The notes below the pieces were generated by a model, which made no database searches, was not told the DNA's origin, and was given only the letters and a program-made list of their open reading frames with translations. A DNA stretch of 64,000 bases from an uncultured bacterium. Lineage in GTDB: Bacteria > Fidelibacterota > Marinisomatia > Marinisomatales > UBA1611. Position numbers and translations under genes: made by a program. Shown one piece after another: positions 1-10,311 of this stretch. Positions within the stretch are counted from its first letter, which is position 1. Every line of letters begins with the position of its first letter. The DNA lies in contig CALSPG010000001.1 in the NCBI GenBank assembly GCA_943788175.1, positions 128,001 through 192,000 on the forward strand. Direction: 5' to 3'.

Positions 1-380
1 TCATAAAAGGAATGCACTCAAATGATAATGCCTTGCTATTCGGAACAAATAGTTTTTGGGAAGGGGTTGATTTGCCTGGTGAATTATTAGAAATATTGAT
101 TGTTGTTAAGCTTCCTTTTGATGTCCCATCTGATCCTCTTATAAAGTCTTATTCAAATCATTTAGACAAGAATGGTTATAATAGTTTTATGAACTTTACT
201 ATTCCAGAATGCACTACAAGATTTAGACAAGGCTTCGGGCGACTTATTAGAACTACTTTTGATTCTGGCGTTTTTATCAGTCTTGATAATAGAATTATAA
301 CAAAAAGGTATGGAGATGTTATTCTAAACAGTATACCAACTGATCCAGAAATTTTTACAGATTATCATTCAATTCGTTAG
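1..380 (+). CDS. DinG/XPD-family helicase, C-terminal part (runs off the window start)
   Basis: Motifs LLFGTNSFWEGVDLPG, VKLPF and RFRQGFGRLIR..DxG..LDNR typical of the DinG helicase_C_2 domain; the frame is open upstream of the listed ATG. Confidence 0.9.
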   Translation, partial: IKGMHSNDNALLFGTNSFWEGVDLPGELLEILIVVKLPFDVPSDPLIKSYSNHLDKNGYNSFMNFTIPECTTRFRQGFGRLIRTTFDSGVFISLDNRIITKRYGDVILNSIPTDPEIFTDYHSIR

Positions 381-438
381 TCTTTTTTTCAGAGGTTAAT
401 TCTTTGTAATAGATGCTAACTTCATTCTAAATTAATCA

Positions 439-1965
439 ATGTCGACCCTTCGGATTACTAAAAAAACATTTACTTTTGAAGACTTTTCGCCATTGCTCAA
501 TGGTCCTTTAAAAGTAGTATTAGATCGGTCCATTCCAAAAAAAGTAAAAAATTCCTATCAACAATTATTAAAGATACTCGCATCCGGTAAAATAGTTTAC
601 GGTGTTAACACTGGATTCGGGAAATTGAGTAATATAAGAATCGATGAAGCAGATCAAGAAAAATTGCAATTAAACTTGGTTCGTAGTCACTCAGCAGGTA
701 TAGGGGATTTTCTGGACATTGGAATTGTAAGAGTGGTTATGGCTTTAAAAGTATTGACTTATTCTCATGGCCATAGCGGTGTGCATCCGGAAACAGTAAG
801 AAAGCTAGTTCAATTTTTAAATAATGATTTAGTTCCAGCTGTTCCTGAGAAAGGTTCCGTAGGTGCGAGTGGTGATTTAGCTCAATTAGCTCATATCGCT
901 AGCTCGATTATTGGTGAAGGTCAAATCATTCAAGATGGAAAAGCTGTTTCTTCAAAAATTCTTTTAAATAAAATGAAAATTAACCCACTAGTATTACATC
1001 AAAAAGATGGCATTAGTTTGGTAAATGGTACTCAATTTTCTACAGCGATCGCAGTCAAAGCCTTAGCTAGTGGATTTAATATCCTTGATGCTGCAGACAG
1101 TATAAGCGCTTTATCTGTAGAAACAAGTTTATCAAGCAGAAATACATTTAACTCTGCCATACATAAACTTAAAAAGCACAAAGGTCAAATTATTTCTGCG
1201 AGTAATGTTTGGAAAATGACAGCTGGAAGTCAGATAGTTAACTTTCATAAAAATTGTGATGTCGTTCAAGATCCTTATAGCTTTAGATGTATTCCACACA
1301 TTCATGGTGCATGTAGAGATGCAATAGTTCAATCATCCGAGACTATTAACAATGAAATTAATAGCGTAAGTGACAACCCTTTGATTTTGAGCAATGGTGA
1401 CATTGGCTTCTCAGGTCATTTTCATGCTGAACATGTAGCAATAGCATTAGATCATATGAGCATAGCAACAGCAGAAATTGGAGCTGTCTCTGAAAGAAGA
1501 ATACATTATTTTATGAAAGGTGTAGAAGGGAAATTTCAACCTTTTCTTGCTAAAAACCCTGGAATAGAGTCAGGTTACATGATTGCTCATGTAACTGCAT
1601 CCGCGCTTGCTTCTGAAAATAAGACGTTAGCTCACCCTGCTAGTGTAGACTCACTGCCTACCTCAGGCGGTCAAGAAGACCATGTCAGTATGGCTCCATG
1701 GGCAGGTTCTAAGCTACTAACAATTCAAAAAAATGTACTTAACATACTAGCAATAGAGTTGTTAATAGCTAGTGCTTCATTTACTCTCTACCATTCAAAA
1801 CTGAAGCCAGGAAAGGGTACTAGTTTATTGTTAAAAAATATTCAAAATATAATTAATGCAAAAAAAGGCGACCGTTCATTAACAATCGAAATAAATAAGC
1901 TAAAAGATATTATTGAAAATGGAAAAATATTTAAAATACTAAAGAATAAAGGGTTATTGGAGTAG
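439..1965 (+). CDS. hutH: Histidine ammonia-lyase
   Basis: YGVNTGFG, MIO-forming ASG in GSVGASGDLA, histidine-specific SH in NLVRSH, QDPYSFRC, QEDHVSM. Confidence 0.92.
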   Translation: MSTLRITKKTFTFEDFSPLLNGPLKVVLDRSIPKKVKNSYQQLLKILASGKIVYGVNTGFGKLSNIRIDEADQEKLQLNLVRSHSAGIGDFLDIGIVRVVMALKVLTYSHGHSGVHPETVRKLVQFLNNDLVPAVPEKGSVGASGDLAQLAHIASSIIGEGQIIQDGKAVSSKILLNKMKINPLVLHQKDGISLVNGTQFSTAIAVKALASGFNILDAADSISALSVETSLSSRNTFNSAIHKLKKHKGQIISASNVWKMTAGSQIVNFHKNCDVVQDPYSFRCIPHIHGACRDAIVQSSETINNEINSVSDNPLILSNGDIGFSGHFHAEHVAIALDHMSIATAEIGAVSERRIHYFMKGVEGKFQPFLAKNPGIESGYMIAHVTASALASENKTLAHPASVDSLPTSGGQEDHVSMAPWAGSKLLTIQKNVLNILAIELLIASASFTLYHSKLKPGKGTSLLLKNIQNIINAKKGDRSLTIEINKLKDIIENGKIFKILKNKGLLE

Positions 1966-1968
1966 TAT

Positions 1969-3438
1969 ATGGAAAACAAAATAAAATTTAGGAAAGGATA
2001 TACATTTGATGATGTTTTACTAGTTCCTCAAAAATCAAAAGTTCTGCCTAAAGAGACTAATCTTAAAACTAGATTAACAAATAATATAAAATTAAATATT
2101 CCAATTATTAGTGCCGCGATGGATACTGTAACTGAGGAAGCCATGGCAATTGCAATGGCAAGGGAGGGTGGACTAGGCGTTATACATAAAAATTGTTCGA
2201 TTGAATTTCAAAAGTCCATGGTTGACAAAGTTAAGCGATCAGAAAGCGGTATGATATTAAAGCCTGTTACAGTAAGACCTAATCAAAACATAAATGATGC
2301 TAAAAAAATTATGTCTGAATTTAGAATAAGTGGTTTGCCCGTTGTGAAAGAAGATAAATTGGTAGGTATTATTACGAATAGAGATATTCGTTTTCAGATT
2401 GATGGAAATATGGAAGTCTCAGCATGCATGACTTCAGAAAATTTAATTACTGTACCCTTAGATACGTCCTTAGAAGATGCTGAAGAATTGTTACACAAGC
2501 ATAGAATTGAAAAGTTATTAGTTGTAAATGATTCAGGAGACTTAGCAGGGCTTATAACTGTTAAGGATATAAATAAGAAGCAGCAATATCCAGCCGCTTG
2601 TAAAGATAATAATGGAAGATTAAGAGTAGCTGCAGCTGTTGGAGTAGCTGGCGATACAAATGAGAGAGTAAAAGAGCTCATAGATGCAGAAGTTGATGCA
2701 ATTGTTGTTGATACTGCACATGGCCACTCAAGAGGTGTACTTGATACTATCTCCCAGTTAAAAGCACAACATTCCAATATCTCTATCATTGCTGGTAATG
2801 TAGCTACAGGTTATGGCGCAGAAGCGCTTATGGATGTTGGTGTTGATTGTGTTAAGGTAGGAATTGGTGCAGGGGCTAGCTGCACAACTAGAATAGTTGC
2901 CGGTGTAGGGGTTCCCCAATTGACTGCTATTCTCGATGCTGTAAATGTAGCAAAGAAAGCAAATATTCCTATAATTGCTGATGGTGGACTAAGATATAGC
3001 GGAGATATTGCAAAAGCATTGGCTGCTGGCGCAGATACAATTATGTTAGGGAGTGTTTTAGCTGGTATGGACGAAAGTCCTGGAGAGACTATATTGTATG
3101 AAGGGAGACAGTATAAAACTTTTAGAGGTATGGGCTCAATAGGAGCTATGGAAGAAGGAAGCGGTGATCGATACTTTCAGGAAGACACAGATAATAAAAA
3201 ATTAGTACCTGAGGGTATCGAAGGAATGGTACCGTTTCGTGGTCCAGTAAAAAACACTATACACCAACTAACTGGCGGTATCAGATCAGCAATGGGTTAT
3301 TGTGGTTCTAGAAATATTGGAGAATTTGGACAAAAATCTGAATTTATAGAGATTACATCAGCCGGCATAAGAGAAAGCCACCCTCATGAAGTAAGAATTG
3401 TGAAAGAGGCTCCTAACTATTCGCCTTCAGAAAGATAG
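1969..3438 (+). CDS. guaB: IMP dehydrogenase (with CBS pair)
   Basis: TFDDVLLVP, SAAMDTVTE, VDTAHGHS, catalytic Cys loop GIGAGASCTTR, IADGG, RGMGS. Confidence 0.98.
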   Translation: MENKIKFRKGYTFDDVLLVPQKSKVLPKETNLKTRLTNNIKLNIPIISAAMDTVTEEAMAIAMAREGGLGVIHKNCSIEFQKSMVDKVKRSESGMILKPVTVRPNQNINDAKKIMSEFRISGLPVVKEDKLVGIITNRDIRFQIDGNMEVSACMTSENLITVPLDTSLEDAEELLHKHRIEKLLVVNDSGDLAGLITVKDINKKQQYPAACKDNNGRLRVAAAVGVAGDTNERVKELIDAEVDAIVVDTAHGHSRGVLDTISQLKAQHSNISIIAGNVATGYGAEALMDVGVDCVKVGIGAGASCTTRIVAGVGVPQLTAILDAVNVAKKANIPIIADGGLRYSGDIAKALAAGADTIMLGSVLAGMDESPGETILYEGRQYKTFRGMGSIGAMEEGSGDRYFQEDTDNKKLVPEGIEGMVPFRGPVKNTIHQLTGGIRSAMGYCGSRNIGEFGQKSEFIEITSAGIRESHPHEVRIVKEAPNYSPSER

Positions 3439-3444
3439 AGTACT

Positions 3445-3699
3445 CTACTTTAATGAATTCAAATGACGAGTGATTTTAGATTTTCTTCTACCTGCTGTAT
3501 TTTTATGAATAAGACCTCTTCCAGATGCCTTATCAATGTAGCTAACGGCTGCAGTATACTCAACCTGGGCTTTTTCTTTATCAGTAGATTCTAAAACTCT
3601 TTTGATTTGCGTACGTAACCTAGACATGCTAGAAATATTTCTAGCTCTTCTCTTAATATCTTGACGCTCTCTTTTAATTTGTTGTGGATGTCTGTCCAT
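3445..3699 (-). CDS. rpsT: 30S ribosomal protein S20
   Basis: 84 aa basic protein with SRLRTQIK and IDKA..GLIHKNTAGRRKS. Confidence 0.95.
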   Translation of the reverse strand: MDRHPQQIKRERQDIKRRARNISSMSRLRTQIKRVLESTDKEKAQVEYTAAVSYIDKASGRGLIHKNTAGRRKSKITRHLNSLK

Positions 3700-3837
3700 T
3701 GTTTAAAATTCCTTTTTATTAAAGCCTTTAAAATTAACATAGAATGGTTTTTGTAGTCAATGAGCGATTTTTAATAAATTTAAGTATATGAAAAAGGTTA
3801 TAATTTAAAATTCGATAAAAATGAGTATCGGTAAAAA

Positions 3838-4776
3838 ATGAAAAAAGTTAATTATAAAGATATACTTAAAAATAATCATGTATCAATCTCGCGCGCTATT
3901 TCTTTGATTGAAAATGATGATAAAAGTGTATCATCTTTTTACGATCAGATTTATAAAAACTCTAATGAATCAATACGCATCGGAGTTACTGGTCCTCCAG
4001 GAGCAGGAAAAAGCACCTTAGTTGATAAATTTGTTTCACTTTTTTTATCTAAAAATTTTTCTGTCGGTGTGGTTGCTATAGATCCGAGTAGTCCCTTTAG
4101 TGGGGGTGCATTGTTAGGTGATAGGGTCAGAATGAGTAAATATTCAGAAAATAATAATGTTTACATAAGAAGTATGGGTAATCGAGGTGATCTTGGAGGT
4201 TTATGCAGAAAAGCTCGAGAAGCAGGTGATGTTTTGGCGGCAAGTGGTAAAGACATTATTATATATGAAACTGTGGGCGTGGGGCAGGCCGAACATGATA
4301 TTGTAAATGCTGCTGACTTTACAGTTGTGGTGCTTGTTCCTGAATCGGGTGATGAGGTGCAATTAATGAAAGCAGGAATAATTGAAATAGCAGATATTTT
4401 TGTTGTAAATAAAGCTGATAGGCCTGGTTCCAAGCGTATTGAGAGGACACTATCCGATACACTGCATAGTTTTAGTAAGCCTAATAGCTTTATCCCTTCA
4501 GTATTGAGCACTACGGCTAGTACAGGGGATGGGGTTGCATATGTACTTGATAAAATCCTTTCAGATATTAATGATTTTAAAAAAAATGATAAGTTTAAAA
4601 ATCGTCGTTTAGAAAGGTATAAGAATAGAATTAAAGACACTATATCTGAAAAATTAGAACAAGAATTCTGGACTGAAGATCAAGAAAAATTATTTAAAAA
4701 AATTACTGAATCAATTAATTCCCTTGAGAGTCCTCCAAGTGCAGTTGTAAAGAAGCTAATTTCAAACTTCAGTTAG
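3838..4776 (+). CDS. meaB: MeaB/ArgK-family GTPase (methylmalonyl-CoA mutase chaperone)
   Basis: GVTGPPGAGKST, AIDPSSPFSGGALLGDRVRM, ETVGVGQ, QLMKAGIIEIAD, VNKAD. Confidence 0.93.
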   Translation: MKKVNYKDILKNNHVSISRAISLIENDDKSVSSFYDQIYKNSNESIRIGVTGPPGAGKSTLVDKFVSLFLSKNFSVGVVAIDPSSPFSGGALLGDRVRMSKYSENNNVYIRSMGNRGDLGGLCRKAREAGDVLAASGKDIIIYETVGVGQAEHDIVNAADFTVVVLVPESGDEVQLMKAGIIEIADIFVVNKADRPGSKRIERTLSDTLHSFSKPNSFIPSVLSTTASTGDGVAYVLDKILSDINDFKKNDKFKNRRLERYKNRIKDTISEKLEQEFWTEDQEKLFKKITESINSLESPPSAVVKKLISNFS

Positions 4777-5531
4777 TGATTTTAGTGGATTCTGAGCAAA
4801 AGTCTATGAGTTTTATTGATCATCTTGAAGAATTAAGATGGAGAATAATTAAAACAATTTCATCCGTGATTTTGGGTGGTATAATAACCTTCTTTTTTAT
4901 CGATCTAATACTTAACCTACTTCTAAGGCCATTAGAAAATATAAATACTAATAATCCTATAAACTTGCAGGTTTTGTCAGTTCAAGGAATGTTTATTATT
5001 AAATGGACCATAGCCTTTATTGGCGGATTGGTTATTTCGGTACCGGTTATAACCTACCAAATATGGAAATTTATTGCTCCAGGTCTTTACGCTAATGAAA
5101 AAGGTTTTGTTTTACCACTGGTTGTATTTTCTTTTTTTTCTTTTTGTTCAGGTATTTTTTTTAGTTACGAGATACTAATACCATATTGTTTAAACTTTTT
5201 TGCTGGACTTTCAGGAGAAAATATTTTAAATAATTTTTCTATAAACCATTATTTTAGCTTTATTACCTGGCTTCTACTGGGGTGCGGTATTGTTTTTCAG
5301 TTGCCAGTAATCTCTTTTTTATTATCAACAATTGGTGTTTTGACTCCAGCTTTTATGAGACACTATAGGAGGCACTCTATTGTGGCTATTTTTATAGTAT
5401 CGTCTTTTATTACTCCACCTGATCCGGTCAGTATGGTGGTAATGGCTTTTCCACTTATTATTTTGTTTGAACTAAGTATTGGAGTGTCTTGGATGGTAAA
5501 TAAGACCAAAGGTTTTAAGAAAAATACATAG
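4776..5531 (+). CDS. tatC: Twin-arginine translocase subunit TatC
   Basis: MSFIDHLEELRWR, YQIWKFIAPGLY..E, FQLP, ITPPDP; about 6 TM segments. Confidence 0.97.
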   Translation: MILVDSEQKSMSFIDHLEELRWRIIKTISSVILGGIITFFFIDLILNLLLRPLENINTNNPINLQVLSVQGMFIIKWTIAFIGGLVISVPVITYQIWKFIAPGLYANEKGFVLPLVVFSFFSFCSGIFFSYEILIPYCLNFFAGLSGENILNNFSINHYFSFITWLLLGCGIVFQLPVISFLLSTIGVLTPAFMRHYRRHSIVAIFIVSSFITPPDPVSMVVMAFPLIILFELSIGVSWMVNKTKGFKKNT

Positions 5532-5550
5532 TTAAATTTTATATCAGAAT

Positions 5551-6528
5551 ATGAATGAATTAGATAAAATAAAATTACCTATTGAAAAAGATATTATTGA
5601 GTTTTATAAAGAATTCAAAAATGCATTGGATTCAGATGTGAAGCTCATCAACTCTATTTCTGGTTATCTTGTTAAGAATAGAGGAAAGGCTATTCGACCT
5701 ACTCTGACTCTTCTCTGTGCTAGGTTATGTAATGAGCCTACTACTCACTCTTACAGAGCCGCTGCTATGATGGAATTATTACATGTTGCTACATTAATTC
5801 ATGACGATATTGTCGATGATGGCAAAATGAGACGCGGAAAACCATCTGTAAAACAAATATGGAAAAACAAAATATCTGTTTTAATGGGAGATTTTATTTT
5901 AGCTAAAGCGTTAATTAATATGGTCAATTTAAAGAATTTTGATGCGTTAGACCTAATTTCAAAGACGGCAGAAAAGTTGAGTGCTGGCGAAATCATGCAA
6001 ATTGAAAAAAGTTTAACTAGAAATATGTCTAAAGATTTTTATTACGAGATGATTAATCAAAAAACAGCTTCTTTAATATCAGCGAGTTGCGAACTTGGTG
6101 CTATTACTACGACCAATGACATGGCAGATAGAAAAGCCACCTTTTTATATGGAGATAATCTTGGGATGGCTTTTCAAATTAAAGATGATCTTTTTGATTT
6201 TTTAGGTTCAGAAAGTCAGACAGGGAAAGATGCTGGTGGAGATGTGAAAAAAAATATGATTACCTTGCCTTTAATTTTTTCGTTGGAGAACTCAACAAAA
6301 GCACAAAGTAAAAAATTAAAATCGCTTGTTCGATCTAAGAAAAAAACAAAAGCGAATTTAAAAGATATTAATGAAATGATTTCGGAATCAGGTGGTTTTA
6401 GATATGCAAACGGTAAACTTAATGAGTTTTCGGAAAAAGCTATTGATGCTATTCAAGGTTATGAAGAATCAGAAATAAAGAAATCGCTAACCCAATTGGT
6501 CTCATTTAATATCAAGCGTAAAAGGTAA
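5551..6528 (+). CDS. Polyprenyl diphosphate synthase (IspB-like)
   Basis: GKAIRP, FARM LIHDDIVD..RRG, KTASL, SARM FQIKDDLFD. Confidence 0.93.
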   Translation: MNELDKIKLPIEKDIIEFYKEFKNALDSDVKLINSISGYLVKNRGKAIRPTLTLLCARLCNEPTTHSYRAAAMMELLHVATLIHDDIVDDGKMRRGKPSVKQIWKNKISVLMGDFILAKALINMVNLKNFDALDLISKTAEKLSAGEIMQIEKSLTRNMSKDFYYEMINQKTASLISASCELGAITTTNDMADRKATFLYGDNLGMAFQIKDDLFDFLGSESQTGKDAGGDVKKNMITLPLIFSLENSTKAQSKKLKSLVRSKKKTKANLKDINEMISESGGFRYANGKLNEFSEKAIDAIQGYEESEIKKSLTQLVSFNIKRKR

Positions 6529-6529
6529 A

Positions 6530-7537
6530 GTGACTCTTTCTGGAAAAATTCTGGTTATTCGCTTTAGTTCAATTGGCGATATTGTTCTTACAACATCTTT
6601 TATAGCTACCTTAAAAAAAACTTTTCCAAATTTTGAAATTCACTACTTAACATTAGATAAATTCTCTTCAATTTTAGAATTTCATCCAGAAATTGATAGA
6701 GTAATTGAGCTAAATAGTAACTCAAATTTTAAGGAGTTGTTAGAATTTAATAAGTTTATAAAATCGTCAAATTATAATAAGGTTTTTGATTTACATGGCT
6801 CTATACGATCTAGACTAATTACTAAAGGTATCGGTCAAAGTATCTCAAGAGTAAAGAAGCCTAGATTTCTAAGATTTATTCTTTTTCAATTCCATATAAA
6901 CATGTTTCCCTTAAATTTTTCTGCTACGCACATGTATCACAATTGCTTGGAAGAGTATAAAAGTATAGAATTTCCAAAGACCTATTTAAGTGTTAGCGAT
7001 TTAGAACGAAAAAATGCAATTAGTTTTTTAAAAAAAAATAATGTCGAAGGGCGGTTTATTGCAATCGTGCCTGGTGCCGCTTGGCCTCAAAAACAATGGG
7101 GAGTAGCAAAATATAGCAAAGCAATAAATAAAATCATATCTAGATCCAATGAAAGTATTGTTCTGCTAGGAGGCGTAAAAGATAAAATTAATAACGAGAT
7201 TGAAAAAATAAATAATCAAGTAGTTAATTTGACTGGTAAGACAAATCTAAGACAGGCAATGTCTATATTATCTTTATCAGATACGGTTCTAGGTAGTGAT
7301 ACTGGCTTGGTCCATATAGCAGAAGCTCTCGGTAAATCTGTTAATATGATTTTAGGTCCGACAACTAAAGAGACAGGGGGTGGTGTTTCTTTGTCTTCTT
7401 CGAAGAATATTGAGACAGATTTATGGTGTCGTCCGTGCTCCCAAAATGGTAAAAAAAGTTGCTATAGGTCTAGCCAGCATTGTATGAATTTAATTTCTTC
7501 TGAAATTGCTGTTAAATCAGTTCTTGAAAGATTATAG
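6530..7537 (+). CDS. GT9 glycosyltransferase (LPS heptosyltransferase-like)
   Basis: ILVIRFSSIGDIVL, PGAAWPQKQW, SDTGLVHIAEA, CRPC; adjacent to waaA. Confidence 0.9.
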   Translation: MTLSGKILVIRFSSIGDIVLTTSFIATLKKTFPNFEIHYLTLDKFSSILEFHPEIDRVIELNSNSNFKELLEFNKFIKSSNYNKVFDLHGSIRSRLITKGIGQSISRVKKPRFLRFILFQFHINMFPLNFSATHMYHNCLEEYKSIEFPKTYLSVSDLERKNAISFLKKNNVEGRFIAIVPGAAWPQKQWGVAKYSKAINKIISRSNESIVLLGGVKDKINNEIEKINNQVVNLTGKTNLRQAMSILSLSDTVLGSDTGLVHIAEALGKSVNMILGPTTKETGGGVSLSSSKNIETDLWCRPCSQNGKKSCYRSSQHCMNLISSEIAVKSVLERL

Positions 7538-7538
7538 A

Positions 7539-8822
7539 ATGAATATAGTATTGTTTGTCATCTATAATATATTTTTGTACCCTGCTTTTTTATTTACAAT
7601 TCTCATACTTTCAATATTTAATAAAAAAATCAGAAAAGGTTTTACCGGGCGGATTGGAGTAGTTAAATATTTAAAGCAATACTTTAATAAAAGTAATATA
7701 TATAATAATATTATGTGGTTTCACTGTTCTTCTTATGGTGAGTATTTACAGGCCGAACCAGTAATTAATAATTTGAAAAATAAAAATAAAAAGACAATAA
7801 TTTTAGTTAGCTTTTTTTCACCAAGTGGATATTTTAATACTCATAATCAAAATATAGATTGTAAAATCTTTATGCCATTTGATTTCTATTGGACGATTAA
7901 TTCTGTGTTTGATATTGTAAACCCGACTGCTATAGTGCTAGCAAATAATGATTTATGGTTTAATTTTTTATGGGTTGCGAAAAGAAGATCAATTAAAACA
8001 TTTTTATTTGGAGCTCAATCCAAAAAATTTTTTAATAATAAATTCTCATTCACCTACTATTTTTACAAACCAATCTATTCCTGGTTTACAAAAATATTTG
8101 TGATTAATGAAGATGATTTTATTTCTATTAAAAAATATGTCTGTTTTTCGAATACAAAAAATATAATAGTTACTGGAAATCCTAGATTTGATCAGGTAAT
8201 TAACAGCTCTAGTAAAATTAATGCTTCAAAAAAAGTTAAAATCGAAAAAAGGGAAAATATATTTATTCTTTCTAGTATGCACAAAGAAGATCGCAACATG
8301 TTTTTGTCGCAAACAATTTCATTTATTAAAGAATTTAATGATATAAAAATTATTTGGGCTTCACATGAGCCTAGTGAGCAAGAAAATAGATATCTAAGTA
8401 ATGTATTTAAAAGAAATAATCTGAGTGTAAAAATAATAGAATCATTAAATGATATTGATGGCGTTGGTTCAAAAGTGACAATAGTGAATACTGTTGGTAT
8501 TTTGTCTGAATTATATTGGAAATCCAAACTTGCATATATTGGTGGTGGCTTTTCTTCTGGTGTCCACAATCTTATGGAACCTGCAATCGCAGGTATCCCT
8601 ACTATATTTGGTCCAAATTATAAAAAATTTAAAGAGGCTATAGAAATTGTCGGTCTTCATGCTGGGCATAGTATTAAAAAAAGATTAGATTTTAAAAATC
8701 TAATTACAAGTTACCTTTTGGATGAAAAAAAAATAATCATTGCTGGAAAGGCTGCAACAGAAATCGTCTTTGCTCACTCTGGAGCATCAATAAAAATTGC
8801 AGATCAAATTTGCATTAAATAG
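7539..8822 (+). CDS. waaA: Kdo transferase
   Basis: WFHCSSYGE, SFFSPSG, MPFD, TGNPRFD, YIGGGF..GVHNLMEPA; ATG 7539 preferred over TTG 7506. Confidence 0.92.
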   Translation: MNIVLFVIYNIFLYPAFLFTILILSIFNKKIRKGFTGRIGVVKYLKQYFNKSNIYNNIMWFHCSSYGEYLQAEPVINNLKNKNKKTIILVSFFSPSGYFNTHNQNIDCKIFMPFDFYWTINSVFDIVNPTAIVLANNDLWFNFLWVAKRRSIKTFLFGAQSKKFFNNKFSFTYYFYKPIYSWFTKIFVINEDDFISIKKYVCFSNTKNIIVTGNPRFDQVINSSSKINASKKVKIEKRENIFILSSMHKEDRNMFLSQTISFIKEFNDIKIIWASHEPSEQENRYLSNVFKRNNLSVKIIESLNDIDGVGSKVTIVNTVGILSELYWKSKLAYIGGGFSSGVHNLMEPAIAGIPTIFGPNYKKFKEAIEIVGLHAGHSIKKRLDFKNLITSYLLDEKKIIIAGKAATEIVFAHSGASIKIADQICIK

Positions 8823-8834
8823 AAACAAGATTGT

Positions 8835-9419
8835 ATGAGCAAAATAACAGAAATAAAAAAGCAGTATATGAATAACCCTTCAAAGGTTTTAACGTTAGCT
8901 AATACAATCAGTTTGTTAAGAGCGGCAGCCGCAATACCCATTATTTATACTCTAAATTATCCAGAACTTAGAGCAGTCACGGCGGGAATAGTGATACTTG
9001 CAATACTTTCAGATGCATTAGATGGATATTTTGCTAGAAAGGCTGGTGAAGTAACTCATGTTGGGATGTGGCTAGATCCGATTGCTGATTTTATCGTTAT
9101 AACTTCTATTGTTCTATTTTTAGTTATAATGGAAATCTTTCCACTTTGGTTTTTTTGCTTTTATATTATTAGACACTTTATGATTGCAGTTCCAGCGCTA
9201 TATTTTGTAAATACTGGTCAATACATATTGCACTCCAACTGGTGGGGAAAATGGACAACTGGCATTACAACCTTGACTGTTTTTCTTCACATTTTTGAGT
9301 TTCCTGATATATGGTGGCTAAAGCCATTTACATTATACTCTGCCCTAGTGCTTGCATTAATTAGTTGGCTAATTTATTATCGAGATTATTATAATGTTTT
9401 AAGGGGGAGAGATGCTTAA
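8835..9419 (+). CDS. CDP-alcohol phosphatidyltransferase family protein
   Basis: ANTISLLR and DALDGYFARK..G..LDPIAD signature; hydrophobic. Confidence 0.92.
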   Translation: MSKITEIKKQYMNNPSKVLTLANTISLLRAAAAIPIIYTLNYPELRAVTAGIVILAILSDALDGYFARKAGEVTHVGMWLDPIADFIVITSIVLFLVIMEIFPLWFFCFYIIRHFMIAVPALYFVNTGQYILHSNWWGKWTTGITTLTVFLHIFEFPDIWWLKPFTLYSALVLALISWLIYYRDYYNVLRGRDA

Positions 9420-10302
9420 TCGTTTATTTAGCGCATTAGAGAATACTCGCTCATCAATATCAAATGCTTTTAAAGGTTTATCTGGAAATAATATATCTGA
9501 TGACAATATTGAGCAAATTGAAGAGAAATTGCTTCTAGCTGACATTGGTTTTGACACTGTTGAAAATATTATTAAAATTATTAGAAAATTCAAAAATGAT
9601 AATTTTTTGAATGAAATTAAAAATTATCTTCTTACAGAGTTACCTCAAAAACAAAAATTAGTGGATGACGAATCATTTCCATTAATTATTATGCTAGTGG
9701 GGGTTAATGGGACTGGCAAAACTACGAGCGCTGCAAAGTTAGCTAAGTTGTACAAAGACCTCGGTAGTAATGTTACCTTAGTTGCTGCTGATACTTATAG
9801 AGCTGCAGCGATAGAACAATTAAGAGTATGGTCGAAAAGGGCTAATACGACATTGGTTTACAATGAAAAAGCGACTGAACCGTCTGCTGTTCTTTTTGAT
9901 GGTCTGACATCAGCTTTATCAAATCATTCTGATATAGTCATAGTTGATACGGCAGGGCGGTTGCATACATATGAAAACTTAATGAGTGAGCTCGAAAAAA
10001 TGTACAGGATATCAACAACTAGATTTCCGCAATTTAAAGTTAAAAATATTATTACTATTGATTCGCTTTTAGGGCAAAATTCAATAGTGCAGGCTGAGGA
10101 GTTTAATAAGCATGTCCCACTTGATGGTGCTATTTTGACTAAATTGGATGGTACTGCTAAGGGAGGAATAGTTTTTTCATTGCACAAAAAATTAAACTTA
10201 CCTGTTCAGTACATTGGAGTGGGTGAGGGTTTATCGGATATTGAGGTCTTTGATCCTGAAAAATATATCGATGGTCTTTTTGGAATTGAAAATAATAAAT
10301 AG
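9412..10302 (+). CDS. ftsY: SRP receptor FtsY (NG domain only, no acidic N-terminal region)
   Basis: GVNGTGKTT, ADTYRAAAIEQL, DTAGR, TKLDGTAKGG, IGVGE. Confidence 0.97.
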   Translation: MLNRLFSALENTRSSISNAFKGLSGNNISDDNIEQIEEKLLLADIGFDTVENIIKIIRKFKNDNFLNEIKNYLLTELPQKQKLVDDESFPLIIMLVGVNGTGKTTSAAKLAKLYKDLGSNVTLVAADTYRAAAIEQLRVWSKRANTTLVYNEKATEPSAVLFDGLTSALSNHSDIVIVDTAGRLHTYENLMSELEKMYRISTTRFPQFKVKNIITIDSLLGQNSIVQAEEFNKHVPLDGAILTKLDGTAKGGIVFSLHKKLNLPVQYIGVGEGLSDIEVFDPEKYIDGLFGIENNK

Positions 10303-10311
10303 AAAGTCAAA

